From an uncultured Thermoleophilaceae bacterium (GTDB lineage Bacteria > Actinomycetota > Thermoleophilia > Solirubrobacterales > Thermoleophilaceae), in the NCBI GenBank assembly GCA_963729205.1, contig CAVSNA010000003.1:1-64000 (forward strand): 64,000 nt of DNA. Direction: 5' to 3'. Below are positions 10,437 to 23,663 of this stretch, piece by piece; position 1 is the first letter of the stretch, and every line of letters begins with the position of its first letter. The notes under the pieces are model-generated. The model did not search any database. It was not told the origin of the DNA and saw only the letters and a list, made by a program, of their open reading frames with translations. Both the position numbers and the translations under genes were made by a program.

Positions 10437-11214
10437 CTACTCCACCAGCGGCGGTTCGCGCAGCGACGAGTTGATGTGCTCGGACAGCGCCGCGGCGGCG
10501 GCCCGCTGGGCGGCCAGCCGTTCGTCGTCGTCGCGAGCGCTGAGCGCCGCCGCGTCGTAGGAGCTCGACGCCGCCTCCCAGAACTCACGGAGGCGGTCGG
10601 TCTCCAGGCGAGCGTCGCGCCGCATCGTCTCGACGCTGTCGGCGATGACGGCGGCAGACGTGCTGGCGTCGTAGGTCCGCTCGGCGATCGTCTCCCGCGC
10701 GAACGTGAACGTGCCGCGGTCCGTGAGCACCGGCCGGTGGAGCACCCGATCGATGCGCGTCGAGGCGTCGGCCAGCACGCTGGTGTTGACGCTGAAGCGC
10801 GGGTACGGCTGGATGCCGTCAAGCCACTCCTGCCTGAGCTGGTCGGCCGCGCGCGTATGGCGCTGGTCGATGGTCACGCCGACGTACTCGGCCACGTGGA
10901 CCCAACCCCAATGCGTCGCCGCCAGCACCAGCCCGAGCAGGAGCAGGACCACGTCGAACGCACCGCCCGAGTGGAACAGCAGCCGCCACGCGGCGTACAG
11001 CGCGAGCGCGCTGCCCCCCGACCAGGGTCGCACCGGTAAGGACCGAGCCCGCCGCCACCAGCCGGTTATGCGTGCTGCTGGAGAAGACAGCGGGCTCCCG
11101 CCGCTGTTCGGCCTCAGGCAGGTTGATCAGGTCATCGCCCAGCAGCCGGGGGTCGGGGGCGACCCCCAGGAACGCGACCAACTCCTCGCCGGACCGTCCA
11201 GCGTCCTGAGGCAT
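10437..11214 (-). CDS. Hypothetical membrane protein encoded immediately downstream of the SPFH gene, with one frameshift near 11040
   Basis: Two or three hydrophobic helices (LALYAAWRLLF, FDVVLLLLGLVLAATHWGWV) followed by a soluble C-terminal region. No recognisable catalytic motif. Confidence 0.35.
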
Positions 11215-11224
11215 TGCCGTGGCC

Positions 11225-12170
11225 TACGCCTGGCCGGCCGGGGGCACCGCCGGTCGCGCCTGGTGCTGGCGCTGGCGATCTGCGCCGTTCCCCACGCCTG
11301 CCGCGGCGTCGGCGGCGAGGTTGCCGGTGAGCATGCCCTCGCGGACCTGCTCCATCAGGGAGCCGACCGACGCCGGCGAGTGCGGGAGCAGGAGCGTGGT
11401 CATGTTGCCGTTCTCGCCGACGGCGCGCGGATCGTGTCCATGTACTGGGTCAGCGCGACGAGGGCCATCGCCTCCTTCGCGTTCGAGCCCGTGCTGTCGG
11501 CGATGAGCTCGAGCGAGTCCTTCAGCCCCTCGGCGATCGCCTTGCGCTCTGCCGCCACGCCCTCGCCGTGCAGGCGCATGGTCTCCTTCTCGCGCCTCGG
11601 CCTTCTTGATCCGCCAGGGTCTTCTGCGCCTCGCCCTGCGCTGGTCGCGGCCTCCTGGTTGCGGCTGGCGACGCGTTGATGTTGTTCATCGCGTCCTTGA
11701 CCCGCTGGTCGGGCTCGATGTTCGTCACCAGCGCCTTGATGATCTCGTAGCCGTAGTCGGCCATCTGCCGGCTGCAGCGTGTCCTGGATGTGCATGGCGA
11801 TCGTGTCCGCGTCGGCGTACGCCTCGTCGAGGTCCATGCTCGGGATGTGCGAGCGCACCACGTCGAGCGCGTACGACTGTCATCTGCGCCTCGGGGTTGT
11901 CGAGCTTGTAGAAGGCGTCCTTGACCTTTGATCCTCGGCGCCGACCTTGTACTGGATGGCGAGCTTGACGACCGGACGAACACGTTGTCCTTGGTCTTGG
12001 TCTCGATCTCGGTGTTCAGCTGCTCGACCTGCAGGCTCATCCGGCCCGCGACGCGCTCGACGAACGGCGACTTCGTCTGAAGCCCGGGACCGGCGACCCG
12101 CACGAACTTGCCGAAGCGCTCGACGATGGCGCGCTCCTGCTGGTCCACCGTGAAAAAGAAGAGAGGCATG
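11225..12170 (-). pseudogene. SPFH/Band-7 (stomatin/prohibitin-like) protein, with three or more frameshifts
   Basis: N-terminus MPLFFFTVDQQERAIVERFGKFVRVAGPGLQTKSPFVERVAGRMSLQVEQLNTEIETKTKDNVFV. Later blocks QMADYGYEIIKALVTNIEPDQRVKDAMNNINAS and RLHGEGVAAERKAIAEGLKDSLELIADSTGSNAKEAMALVALTQYMDTI are found in other frames. Confidence 0.6.
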
Positions 12171-12399
12171 GCGGTCCTTTCAAGTGTGGTCGGTCGGCCG
12201 AGAGCCAACCGCGCCAACGAGGAATGCGGGACGATCGGACGACCGTGAGGACCCCTCTGCGAGCCAACAAGCTCGCTTGATTGGCATGGATTGAGCTTAG
12301 CTTCAGATTGGGGTGTCGAGGGTCGTTTGGCGCGAGGGGCGAGGCCGGCGTGGCCCGGTAGGTTTCGCCGGGACCTGACTCCAAGGAAGGACAAAGAAA

Positions 12400-13292
12400 T
12401 TGAGACTCGCCCATCTGCGTCGTAACGGAAGCTCCGCCTCGCCCTGAAAAGCGACGAGGGCTGGGTCGACCTGGCCGACGCCACCGGGGACGACCAGCTC
12501 GCCACCTCTCCGGCCTGCTCGCCCAAGGCGACGCCGGCATCGAAAAGGTCGCTTCCGCCGCCGGCGGCCGCGGCCAGGCCGACGACGTCGAGCTCGGCCC
12601 CGTCGTCGACGACCCCCGCCGCATCATCTGCGTCGGCCGCGACTACAAGGACCACGCCGAGGAGATGGGTGGGGACCTGCCCGACCTGGCCGGAGACCTT
12701 CCTGCGCATGCCCAGCACGGTCATCGGGCCCACCGACGACGTCCAGGCGCCGGCCGTGTCCGAGTGCGTGGACTTCGAGGCCGAGCTCGCCATCGTGATC
12801 GGGCGGGGTGGGCGGAACATCGCCGCCAAGGACGCCGGGCAGGCGATCCTCGGCTACACGGTCGTGAACGACGTGAGCATCCGCGACTGGCAGAAGCGGG
12901 GGCAGCAGTGGACGCCCGGCAAGAACTTCGACGGCACGCTGCCGGTCGGTCCGGAGCTGGTGACCGCGGACGAGCTCGACGTGGGCAACCTGCATCTCGA
13001 AAGCCGCCTCAACGGCGAGGTGATGCAGTCGGCGAGCACGTCGCAGCTGATCTTCAGCGTGCCGGAGCTGATCGAGTACATCTCGACCTGGACCACGCTC
13101 GAGCCGGGCGATCTGATCGCCACGGGGACGCCGGGTGGGGTGGGGGCCGCCCGCAAGCCTCCGCTGTGGATGAAGGCCGGGGACCTGATCGAGGTGGAGA
13201 TCGAGGGAATCGGGACGCTGCGCAACACGGTCGTGGACGACGGCATCACCCCAGTGACCGACCGCTGGAGCAAGCTCGCGAGCGAGGGCTGA
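12400..13292 (+). pseudogene. Fumarylacetoacetate hydrolase (FAH)-family protein, with three or more frameshifts in the N-terminal third
   Basis: RIICVGRDYKDHAEEMGG, PSTVIGPTDDVQAP, DFEAELAIVIG, VVNDVSIRDWQ and GDLIATGTPGGVG. Confidence 0.6.
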
Positions 13293-13302
13293 AGCCGCCG
13301 CT

Positions 13303-14209
13303 CAGTGCGGGATGACGTTCAGCAAGCGGCTCGCCGCGAACGTGGCGGCGGAGCTGGTCGCCCACGAACGCGAACGCCCTCTCCTGGGTCTGCGGGATGG
13401 CGCCGGCCACGTGCGGCGTATAGAGCAGCCCGGGCGCCGCGAGCAGCGGATGGTCGGGGGTCAGCGGATCGGGATCTGACACGTCGAGCGCGGCGCGCAG
13501 CCGCCCCGAGCGCAGCTCGGCGAGCAGCGCGTCCTGGTCCACCAGGGCGCCGCGCGACGCGTTCACCACCAGCGCGCCGTCCGGCAGCGCCGCGAGGAAG
13601 GCGGCGTCGATCAGGCCCACGGTGGCGTCGCTGCGAGGCACGAGGCAGATCACGATGTCCGCCCGAGGCAACAGCTGCGGCAGCTCGGACGGGCCGTGCA
13701 GCGCCCTCGCGCGCCCGGCTGGCCACGCGCACGATCGTCACCTCGAACGGCACCAGGCGCTGCTCCACCGCCTGCCCGATCGAGCCGTAGCCGAGGATCA
13801 GCGCCGTCTTGCCCGCGAGCGAGTCCGACTCGGTGTGCTCCACGCGCCGCTCGGCCTGGCGGCGGACGAACTCGGGCAGGTCGCGCACCATCGCCAGGAT
13901 CACCGCCAGTATCCACTCGGCGACCGAGACATCGTGCACGCCGCGCGCGTTGCAGAACGTCACGCCCGGCGGCACCTGCGGCAGCACGTGGTCGTACCCG
14001 GCCGACATGGACTGCAGCACCTCGAGCGCCGGCAGCTTGGCGATCACATCCGAGTAGCTGTCGAGCGTCTCCCATGGCGGCACCCAGAAGGTGGCCTCGG
14101 CCGCGCCCTCCGGCGGCTCCGAGTGGGCGTCCCACACGCCGACGGACACGCCGTCCGGCAGCTCGCCGAGCAGATCGAGCCCGTAGTCGTAGGGGATGAG
14201 CGCTCGCAT
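13303..14209 (-). CDS. D-isomer-specific 2-hydroxyacid dehydrogenase, with frameshift(s) near 13680 and possibly near the stop
   Basis: GKTALILGYGSIGQAV (NAD Rossmann), then PRADIVICLVP, VVNASRGALVD and YTPHVAG in a second frame. Confidence 0.65.
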
Positions 14210-14212
14210 CGC

Positions 14213-14514
14213 TCAGCTCGGACGACGGGGCGAAGTGCTCGACGGCCGCCGGCTCGGCGAAGAACGGGTGGAGCAGGGAGCGCCAGCGCTCGTACAGCTC
14301 CGAGCCGCGGAACCCCTCGGTGTGGTCCTCCACGCGCTCCCACTCCACGAGCAGGAGGTACGCGCTCGGCCGCTCGACCCCGCGCGCGAGCCGTACGGAG
14401 ATGAAGCCGCCGGCCTGCGCGATCACCTCCCGCGCCTCTCGCTGGTACGACGGCCTCGAACTCCTCCTCGCGCCCCGGCTCGATGTTGAACTCCGCTCGC
14501 TCGACGATCATCGA
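14213..14514 (-). CDS. Antibiotic-biosynthesis-monooxygenase (ABM)-domain protein of about 100 aa, with a frameshift
   Basis: MIVERAEFNIEPGREEEFEAVV followed, in another frame, by MIAQAGGFISVRLARGVERPSAYLLLVEWERVEDHTEGFRGSELYERWRSLL. Its stop appears to overlap the downstream ATG (TGAGCGATG). Confidence 0.45.
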
Positions 14515-14558
14515 CGTCCCTTTCTCAAGATCACCCAGGCCACCGCTCGGCGACGATA

Positions 14559-15498
14559 ATGCCGCGCGGTGGAGAAACGCGCTGCTCGGCAGCTCCCGAC
14601 TGGACGTGTCGCGCCTCGCGCTCGGCTCGTGGCGCACGTTCGAGCGCATCCCGCGCGAGGACGGGCTCGGCCGTGATGACGGCGGCGCGCGAGCACGGGC
14701 ATCAACTTCCTCGACGACGCCCGCTACAACGACGAGACCGGCAACGCGCCGATCCCCACCGGCTACTCCGAGGTGCTCTTCGGCGAGCTGTTCCGCGAGG
14801 CCGGCTGGGACGCGCGACGAGACCGTGGTCTCGAACAAGCTCTGGTGGGAGTTCTGGCCGGGCGAGAGCGCCGCCGCAGGAGCTCGACGGCTCGCTGGGC
14901 CGCATGGGGCTCGACCAGATCGACCTGATCTACGCCAACCCGCCGCCCGACGGCCTGCCGGTGCCGGAGCTGGTGGCTGCCGTGGCGGGGCTGCTCGAGT
15001 CCGGCAAGGCGCGCGCCTGGGGGATCGTGAACTGGGAGGCCGGGCCGTTCCTGGAGGCGACGCGCGCGGCAGAGCGAGCAGGGCGTGCCAGCGCCGTGCG
15101 CGGCCCAGCTGCCGTACAGCCTGGTGAGCAGGGACTGGGTGGAGAGCCCGGAGATGGCCGAGGCGCTGGAGGCGTCGGGCGCCGGCGTGGTGGCGTCCTA
15201 CTCGCTGGCGGGCGGCGTGCTGACCGGCAAGTACGACGGCGGCGGGAGCGGCCGCGCATCGGCCGAGTTCGACTCCCCGCGCTTCGCCGAGGCCCGCGAG
15301 GCCGGCCGCGCACTGCGCGCGCTTGCCGACGAGGTGGGGGGAGCCCGGCCACGCTGGCGCTCGGCTTCGCGCTCGCGCAACCCAGCGGTGGCGAGCGTGC
15401 TGTTCGGAGCCACCTCGCCCGCGCAGATCGCCGAGAACGTGCGAGCGCTCGACCTCGACCGAGAGCTCATCGAACGCGTCCGCGCGCTCGCCGTGTAG
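14559..15498 (+). pseudogene. Aldo/keto reductase (Kv-beta-like subfamily), with four or more frameshifts
   Basis: RLDVSRLALGSWRTFE, GINFLDDARYNDETGNAPIPTGYSEVLFGE, LDGSLGRMGLDQIDLIYANPP, GKARAWGIVNWE and AQIAENVRALDL are distributed over three frames. Confidence 0.6.
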
Positions 15499-15499
15499 G

Positions 15500-16940
15500 T
15501 TGCGCGACATCAGCGACCCGGCTGATCTGACCCTCCTCCAGGCCGCGGCCGAGCTGCGCGCCCGGCGCCTCTCTGCCGTGGAGCTGCTCGAGGCCTGCCA
15601 GCGGCGGATCGAGGAGCGCAACGGTGGCGAGCCGAGCTTCGACGGCGCTCCGGACGCGATCAACGCCTGGGTGCGGCTGTACCCGGAGCTGGCCGCGGAG
15701 CAGGCGCGGGCCGCCGATGAGCGCCTGGCGGACAGTCCGGACGACGCGCCGCTGGTCTGCGGCATCCCGATGGGCCTGAAGGACCTCTACGCGGTGGCGG
15801 GCCTGCCGCTCACGGCCTCGAGCAGGGTGCTCGAGGGCAACGTGGCCGGCGAGGACTGCGAGGCCTGGCGCCGCCTGCGCGAGCGCGGCATGGTCCTGCT
15901 CGGCCACACGCACACGCACGAGTTCGCGTGCGGGGGCACCACGGACCAGGTGGGCAACCCGTGGGCGCTCGATCGCGTGGCGGGGGGCTCGAGCGGGGGC
16001 TCCGGCGCGGCGCTCGCGGCCTGCATGACGCCAGCGACGCTGGGCAGCGACACCTGTGGCTCGCTGCGCATCCCGGCCACCTTCTGCGGCATCAGCACGA
16101 TCAAGCCCACGCACGGCCGCATCCCGATCGCCGGCGTGTTCCCGCTGGCGCCGACGCTCGACCACGTCGGGCCGATGGCGCGGACGGTGGCCGACTGCGC
16201 CGCGCTGCTCACGGCCCTGGCCGAGGACGGGGCCGAGCCCAGCGCCCACATGCCGCCCCCGCAGCCGCTCGGCACGCTTCCCACGAGCGCCCGGCCTGGC
16301 CCGAAGCCGCTCGCCGGGCTGACGATCGCCTTAACCGACCGCCCGGCCGAAGGCGGACTCCGAGGCCCGCGTGATGGCGGGCCTCGACAGCGCGCGGCAG
16401 GCGTGCGAGTCGCTCGGCGCGCGCGTGGTCCAGCTCGATGCCCCGCAGCTGCTCGACTGGGACGACCTGAGCGCGATCTTCCTCACCGAGATCTGGGCCG
16501 GCCACGCCCAGTACGCCGACAGCCTGCCGCTCTACCGTCCGTCGGTGCGCCAGGTGGTGGAGGCCAGCCGGCGCTTCACCGACGCCCAGGGGTACATGGC
16601 CGTGCAGGCCCGCCGCGCATGGGCCGCCGCACAGTGGGAGGCGTGGTTCGCGGAGCACGGGGTCGATGTCGTGCTGGAGGCCACCCTGCCGATCGGCGCC
16701 CCCGTGCGAGGCCCCGGTTACGACGAGGACCACACCGCCGGCGCCGGCGACCCGCTGATCGCGCTGACCGTGCTGTGGGACATGGTCGGCTTCCCGGTGG
16801 CGGCGCTACCGGTGGCGGACACGGGCCCGATGCCCGTGGGCGTGTCGGTGGTGGCGCCGAGGGGAGGCGAGGCGATCGTGACGCAGGTCGCGATCGACCT
16901 GCAGGAGCACGCGCTGGGCCTGCCGGACTGGCCCGCCTAG
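15500..16940 (+). CDS. Amidase-signature (GatA-like) amidase, with a frameshift near 16330-16380
   Basis: GIPMGLKDLY and GGSSGGSGAALAACMTPATLGSDTCGSLRIPATFCG (Ser-cisSer-Lys catalytic region). A TTG start lies directly after the upstream stop. Confidence 0.65.
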
Positions 16941-17902
16941 CAGTGCCAGGCCGCTGAGCCGGGCAGCGGCGGCAGGCTGTCCGGCCGCGTGAGGGCCCAG
17001 CTGGGTGCCGAGATGGCGAGGAAGATCGTGAGCGCGAGCATCACCGTGGCGAGAGCGCGAACGGTGCGCTCGAGCTGGCGGCTGCCGCGCTGGTGCCCGC
17101 CGGCCATGAGGTACTCGAGCCGCAGGCCCACGCGGCTCTGTCCCCTCAGCCCCATCAGCGGCACCGCCGCAGCCTGGCCGGCGGCGGCCTTGCAGATCGC
17201 GCTCGCGAGGGCGAGCGGGTCCCGCGTCTGGCTGAGGGCGTACTCGTCGGCGTCGCGCTCGAGGTTGAAGGCGAGCTCGCGGTGGGCGGCGTTCGTGCCG
17301 GGGAGCCAACGGGCGACCGCCCGCAGCAGCGAGGAGGCCAGCAGGATCGGGCGGTGGGCATGGTGCAGGTGCCCGAGCTCGTGCTGAAGGCCGGCCGCCA
17401 GCTCCGCGCGATCGAAAGCGGCGAGGGCCGCTCCCGACACGAGCAGTCGCGCGGGGCCGGTGCGCGTGACCGCCACCAGGATGCCGTCGCTGGCGAGCAC
17501 GGTGCTGCCGAGCGGGCCGTCGCCGATCGCGAGTCCGCGCAGCAGCCGGCGCGTTAGGAGCCGCGCCCGCACGAGCGTGACCGCGGCCCAGACCAGCGAT
17601 CCGCCGAGCACGAGCGCGGGGGTCAGCGACAGCGCGTCGGCAAACGGAAGCCCGGGGATGTGGACCGAGCCGCCCAGCAGGATCGCCTGCCAGCACCAGT
17701 CGGCCACCTTGGCGAACAGCGGCGTGCCGGGCAGGTAGAGCAGCATGTAGATGGCCGCCGCCGTGGCGACCAGCGCGCGGAGGCAGAGCGCGAGCAGCCA
17801 CACGGTCGCGGCGCTGGTGGGGCGCACCCGCTGCAGCGGAAGCAGGTGGGGCAGCGCGATGAGCGCGGCGACAGACGCACCCAGCGCGAGCCCGAATGCC
17901 AT
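16937..17902 (-). CDS. BlaR1/MecR1-type M56 peptidase transmembrane signal transducer (short form without a penicillin-binding sensor domain)
   Basis: HELGHLHHAHRP matches HExxH, with four N-terminal TM helices. Its start overlaps the blaI stop (TGATG). Confidence 0.7.
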   Translation of the reverse strand: MAFGLALGASVAALIALPHLLPLQRVRPTSAATVWLLALCLRALVATAAAIYMLLYLPGTPLFAKVADWCWQAILLGGSVHIPGLPFADALSLTPALVLGGSLVWAAVTLVRARLLTRRLLRGLAIGDGPLGSTVLASDGILVAVTRTGPARLLVSGAALAAFDRAELAAGLQHELGHLHHAHRPILLASSLLRAVARWLPGTNAAHRELAFNLERDADEYALSQTRDPLALASAICKAAAGQAAAVPLMGLRGQSRVGLRLEYLMAGGHQRGSRQLERTVRALATVMLALTIFLAISAPSWALTRPDSLPPLPGSAAWHC

Positions 17903-18303
17903 CAGCCCGTCCCGTTCTCCCGCTCGCGGTGGATGCGGTTCGTGTAGCGGGCGAGGTCCTCGAGCTCGCCGGCCTCGAGCCGGTCGACCAGGTTCACCAG
18001 CGCCTCCTTGCGGACCTTGGGCGAGGTGGCCGTGAGCCGGTCGCTGAAGGTGGTGGCGAGATACTCGGCCTCTTCGAGCCGGGGTCGGTAAACGATCCCG
18101 CGCTCGTCGGTGCTGCGATCCACGAGCCCGCGATCCATCAGGCGCTTGAGCACCGTGTGAACGGTCGTGTAGGCCAGATCGGGGCGCGACAGCTGCGCCC
18201 GCACGTCCTCGACCTTGGCCTCTCCCAGGCGCCAAACGGCCGCCATCACCTCGGCCTGAAGGTCGCCTTTCTGGGCCGAGGGCCTCCCGCGTCGCTTCGG
18301 CAT
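17902..18303 (-). CDS. BlaI/MecI/CopY-family winged-helix transcriptional repressor
   Basis: LQAEVMAAVWRLGEAKVEDVRAQL...YTTVHTVLKRLMDRGLVDR is the penicillinase-repressor family signature. Confidence 0.75.
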   Translation of the reverse strand: MPKRRGRPSAQKGDLQAEVMAAVWRLGEAKVEDVRAQLSRPDLAYTTVHTVLKRLMDRGLVDRSTDERGIVYRPRLEEAEYLATTFSDRLTATSPKVRKEALVNLVDRLEAGELEDLARYTNRIHRERENGTG

Positions 18304-18383
18304 GCGCTCCAGTCTAAGTCAGATGTCGGACTTCGGGAATTGGCGAAACCGGCCAACCTCTGGTATCTCTACATCGTGTGGAG

Positions 18384-18398
18384 TCTACGTTTCGTAGA
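18384..18398. promoter_or_regulatory. Perfect 15-bp palindrome TCTACGTTTCGTAGA in the blaI upstream region, a candidate BlaI operator
   Basis: The palindrome is read directly from the sequence. A second TCTACA half-site lies at 18368-18373. BlaI/CopY operators are TACA-N-TGTA-type palindromes. Confidence 0.45.
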
Positions 18399-18430
18399 TC
18401 GCCTGTAATCCGACGTCGGAGACGACCCTG

Positions 18431-19267
18431 ATGCCCAACCTGCCAACTGTCATCCGGCGTGGCCGCGCCCATATCGCCCAGCGGCGGCGGGCCGCAGGCT
18501 TCGCCGCCGCCCTGGACAGCCGGCCACGTGAGGATTTGATCTGCCTCGGCGATCTCAACTACGGCGGCTACATGCTGCCCGAGTCCCTGCTCGGGGAGGA
18601 CAGCGTCTGCTACCTCGCCGGCACGGGCGAGGACATCTCTTTCGACCTTGGCGTGATCGCTCGCTTCGGCTGCAGGGTCTACGCGCTCGATCCGGTGCCG
18701 CGGGCGGCACAGCACGTCGCGGTCGCGGCGGCGCACGAGCCGCGCCTGGTATTCCAGCCCGTGGCCCTCTGGTCGCGTGACGAGACGCTGACCTTCCACG
18801 CCCCGCGCGAGGACGGCTACGTGTCGCAGTCCGCGGTGAACCTGCACGACACGCCGGTGGACTTCAGCGCCCCGGCGCGCTCGGTGGAGTCGCTGATGGC
18901 CGAGCACGGTCACGACCACGTCGATCTGCTGAAGATCAGCGCCGAGGGATCGGAGTACGAGATCGTCGACCACGTGGTCAAGAGCGGGGTCGACGTCAGG
19001 GTCCTGTGTGTCGAGTACGCCCAGCCGGCGCCGACCGAGCGGGTCGAGGCATCGGTGGCGTCGCTCCAGCACGCGGGGTACGTGCTGGTGGCCGCGAGCG
19101 TGCGCACCTGGAACTGGAAGTTGACCTTCGTGGGCCCTGGTGTGGCGCGGGCTGAGGACGCTCGGAAGCAGTCCGGGAGCTCTCATTTGGCCGGCCGTGG
19201 AGCGCGCCGCCCCGACCTCGTCCGCAACCCGCGCCCGAACTCACCGGTCACCAAACGACCTATATGA
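18431..19267 (+). CDS. FkbM-family SAM-dependent methyltransferase
   Basis: LGDLNYGGY, YLAGTGEDISFD and DLLKISAEGSEYEIV (the FkbM-domain DLLKIDxEGxE block). Confidence 0.55.
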   Translation: MPNLPTVIRRGRAHIAQRRRAAGFAAALDSRPREDLICLGDLNYGGYMLPESLLGEDSVCYLAGTGEDISFDLGVIARFGCRVYALDPVPRAAQHVAVAAAHEPRLVFQPVALWSRDETLTFHAPREDGYVSQSAVNLHDTPVDFSAPARSVESLMAEHGHDHVDLLKISAEGSEYEIVDHVVKSGVDVRVLCVEYAQPAPTERVEASVASLQHAGYVLVAASVRTWNWKLTFVGPGVARAEDARKQSGSSHLAGRGARRPDLVRNPRPNSPVTKRPI

Positions 19268-19329
19268 TTTGACACCCCCGGCTTCCGCTGGGCCCGACGG
19301 AAGAGAGGGTCGACGAAGTCACCGGTGTC

Positions 19330-20371
19330 ATGCGTGCTGCCGTAACGCAAGCGGTCGGCACGATGGAGGTTGTGGACCTGCCGGAACCCGCTGAGCCGGG
19401 GCCGGGAGAGGTCGTCGTCGGCTCGATGTCGGTTGGCATCTGCGGCTCCGACTACCACTTCTTCTCAGGTCACCTGACCGACGCGGCGGGGGGCGGGGAC
19501 TCCGCCTTCCCCAAGATCCAGGGGCACGAGGTGGGGGGCACGATCGCGGCCGTGGGCCCCGGTTGCCGCGAGGAGCTGGAGGTGGGCGGCACGGTCGCGC
19601 TGTGGCCGCTCAAGGCATGCGGCGAGTGCTACCCGTGCAGCGTGGGGCGGCCCAACGTCTGCCCGAACTTCAACCTGATCGGGATCCACGTGGACGGCGG
19701 CCTGCAGGAGCTGCTGCGCATGCCGCAGGACCAGGTGTTCGCCACCAGCGAGTCGGATTCCGCGCTGGCCGCGATGGCCGAGCCGGTGTCGATCGCCGTC
19801 CGGGCCGTGCACAGGGCGCGGCTCGCGGAGGGCGAGCCCACCGTGATCCTCGGCGCCGGCCCCATCGGCCAGTCGATCTGCCTGCTCGCGCGCGAGCGCG
19901 GGGCGGAGGTGCTGGTGGTGGACCCGCAGGAGAGCCGGCTGGGGCTGAGCGCCGAGATGGGGGCGGAGACGCTGCGTCTGGACCACGCGCGACGAGGTGG
20001 TGAAGGCCGCGCGCGAATGGTCGGGCGGCCTGGGGCCGGTGGTGGTGTTCGACGCGACCGGCGTGCCGGACGCGGTGCGCGCGATGGTGGACATGGCGGC
20101 GTCGGCGGGCCGGGTGGCGCAGGTGGGGATGTCGGGCTCGGAGGTGTCGCTGCGGGTGGGCAGCTTCACCGAGAAGGAGCTCGACATGCTCGGCGTCTGC
20201 TGCTGCGGGGGCGGCGAGTTCGGCGAGGCCGTGGCCGCCGTCGAGCGCAACGGCGACGTGCTGCGGCGGCTGATCAGCCACGAGTTCTCCCTCGAGGAGG
20301 CGCCGGGCGCGATGGCCTTCGCGATGGAGAATCCCTCGGACGTGATGAAGGTGGTGATCCGCGGCGCCTGA
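19330..20371 (+). CDS. Zn-dependent medium-chain alcohol/polyol dehydrogenase, with a frameshift near 19990
   Basis: GICGSDYHFF, GHEVGG, CGECYPCSVGRPNVC and GAGPIGQSICLLA. The C-terminal 120 aa are in a second frame. Confidence 0.65.
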
Positions 20372-20384
20372 CCGCGCCTGGCTT

Positions 20385-21971
<1,587 letters not shown>

Positions 21972-21975
21972 CCCC

Positions 21976-22473
21976 GTGGAGATCACCACCGGCTCGGCCC
22001 GCGACCTCGATGAGCTCGAGCCGCTGTGGCTGGCGCTGCACCACGCGCACGCCGACGCGATGCCCGAGCTGGCCCCGTACTACGGCGACTCCGACAGCTG
22101 GGCGGCACGCCGCGAGCTCTACGCCGAGCTGCTGTCCAAGCCCGACGCGCTGCTGCTCCTGGCGCGGGTCGACGGCGAGCTGGTGGGCTACGCGCTCGCC
22201 CACGAGCTGAAGAGGGGGGAGGGCTGGATCGCGGACACCTGGGTGACCGGTCCGCGCCTCGCGGAGCTCGACTCGCTGTCGGTGCTTCCCACCCACCGCA
22301 ACCGCGGCATCGGCTCGGCGCTGCTCGACGCCGCTCACGAGGAGCTCACCGCGCGCGGTATCGAGGACGTGATCGTGGGCGTGCTGCCCGGGAACGAGGG
22401 CGCGGTGGAGCTCTACCGCCGTCGCGGGTTCGCGCCCACGTGGCTGTACATGTCGCGCTTCGCGGCGCGCTAG
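21976..22473 (+). CDS. GNAT-family N-acetyltransferase
   Basis: LSVLPTHRNRGIGSALLDAAHEE, matching the Q/RxxGxG/A motif A. Confidence 0.7.
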   Translation: MEITTGSARDLDELEPLWLALHHAHADAMPELAPYYGDSDSWAARRELYAELLSKPDALLLLARVDGELVGYALAHELKRGEGWIADTWVTGPRLAELDSLSVLPTHRNRGIGSALLDAAHEELTARGIEDVIVGVLPGNEGAVELYRRRGFAPTWLYMSRFAAR

Positions 22474-22878
22474 CGCGGCATCACGTTGATCTCGAGCCGG
22501 ACGCCGTTCGGGTCGCTGAAGAACAGCTGGCGCATTCCGATCCCCGGAACCGTGTTCGTCACCGGCTCGACGCCGTGACGGTCGAGCCTCGCCACCATCT
22601 CGTCGTAGTCGTCGGCGTTGAACGCCACGTGGTCCACCACGCCGCTGCCGTGAAGGACGTCCGAGGTGGCGAGGCCCATCGTCGGCCGCGTGCGCCCTGA
22701 AGATCGCGCGGTCGGCCACGTGCAGGCAGGGCGTGTCCCCGGCGTAGAGCCAGTAGCCCGGGAACTCGAGCGGCGGCCGCGGGCCCTGCTCGAGGCCCAC
22801 AACGTCGCGGTAGAAGTCGCGCGTCGCGTCGATGTCGTCGGTCAGGACCAGCAGGTGCTGGATCGCCGTGAGCGCCAC
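22470..22878 (-). CDS. VOC/glyoxalase-family protein, with a frameshift near 22690
   Basis: IQHLLVLTDDIDATRDFYRDVVGL and DHVAFNADDYDEMVARLDRHGVEP...RQLFFSDPNGVRLEI. Confidence 0.55.
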
Positions 22879-22885
22879 GCGCTCG

Positions 22886-23639
<754 letters not shown>

Positions 23640-23663
<24 letters not shown>

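Noticed and set aside
14044-15765. 573-aa minus-strand ORF
   Set aside because: Arg/Ala/Gly-rich low-complexity translation with no motifs. It is antisense to the clearly conserved aldo/keto reductase and ABM genes, so it is a GC-driven spurious ORF.
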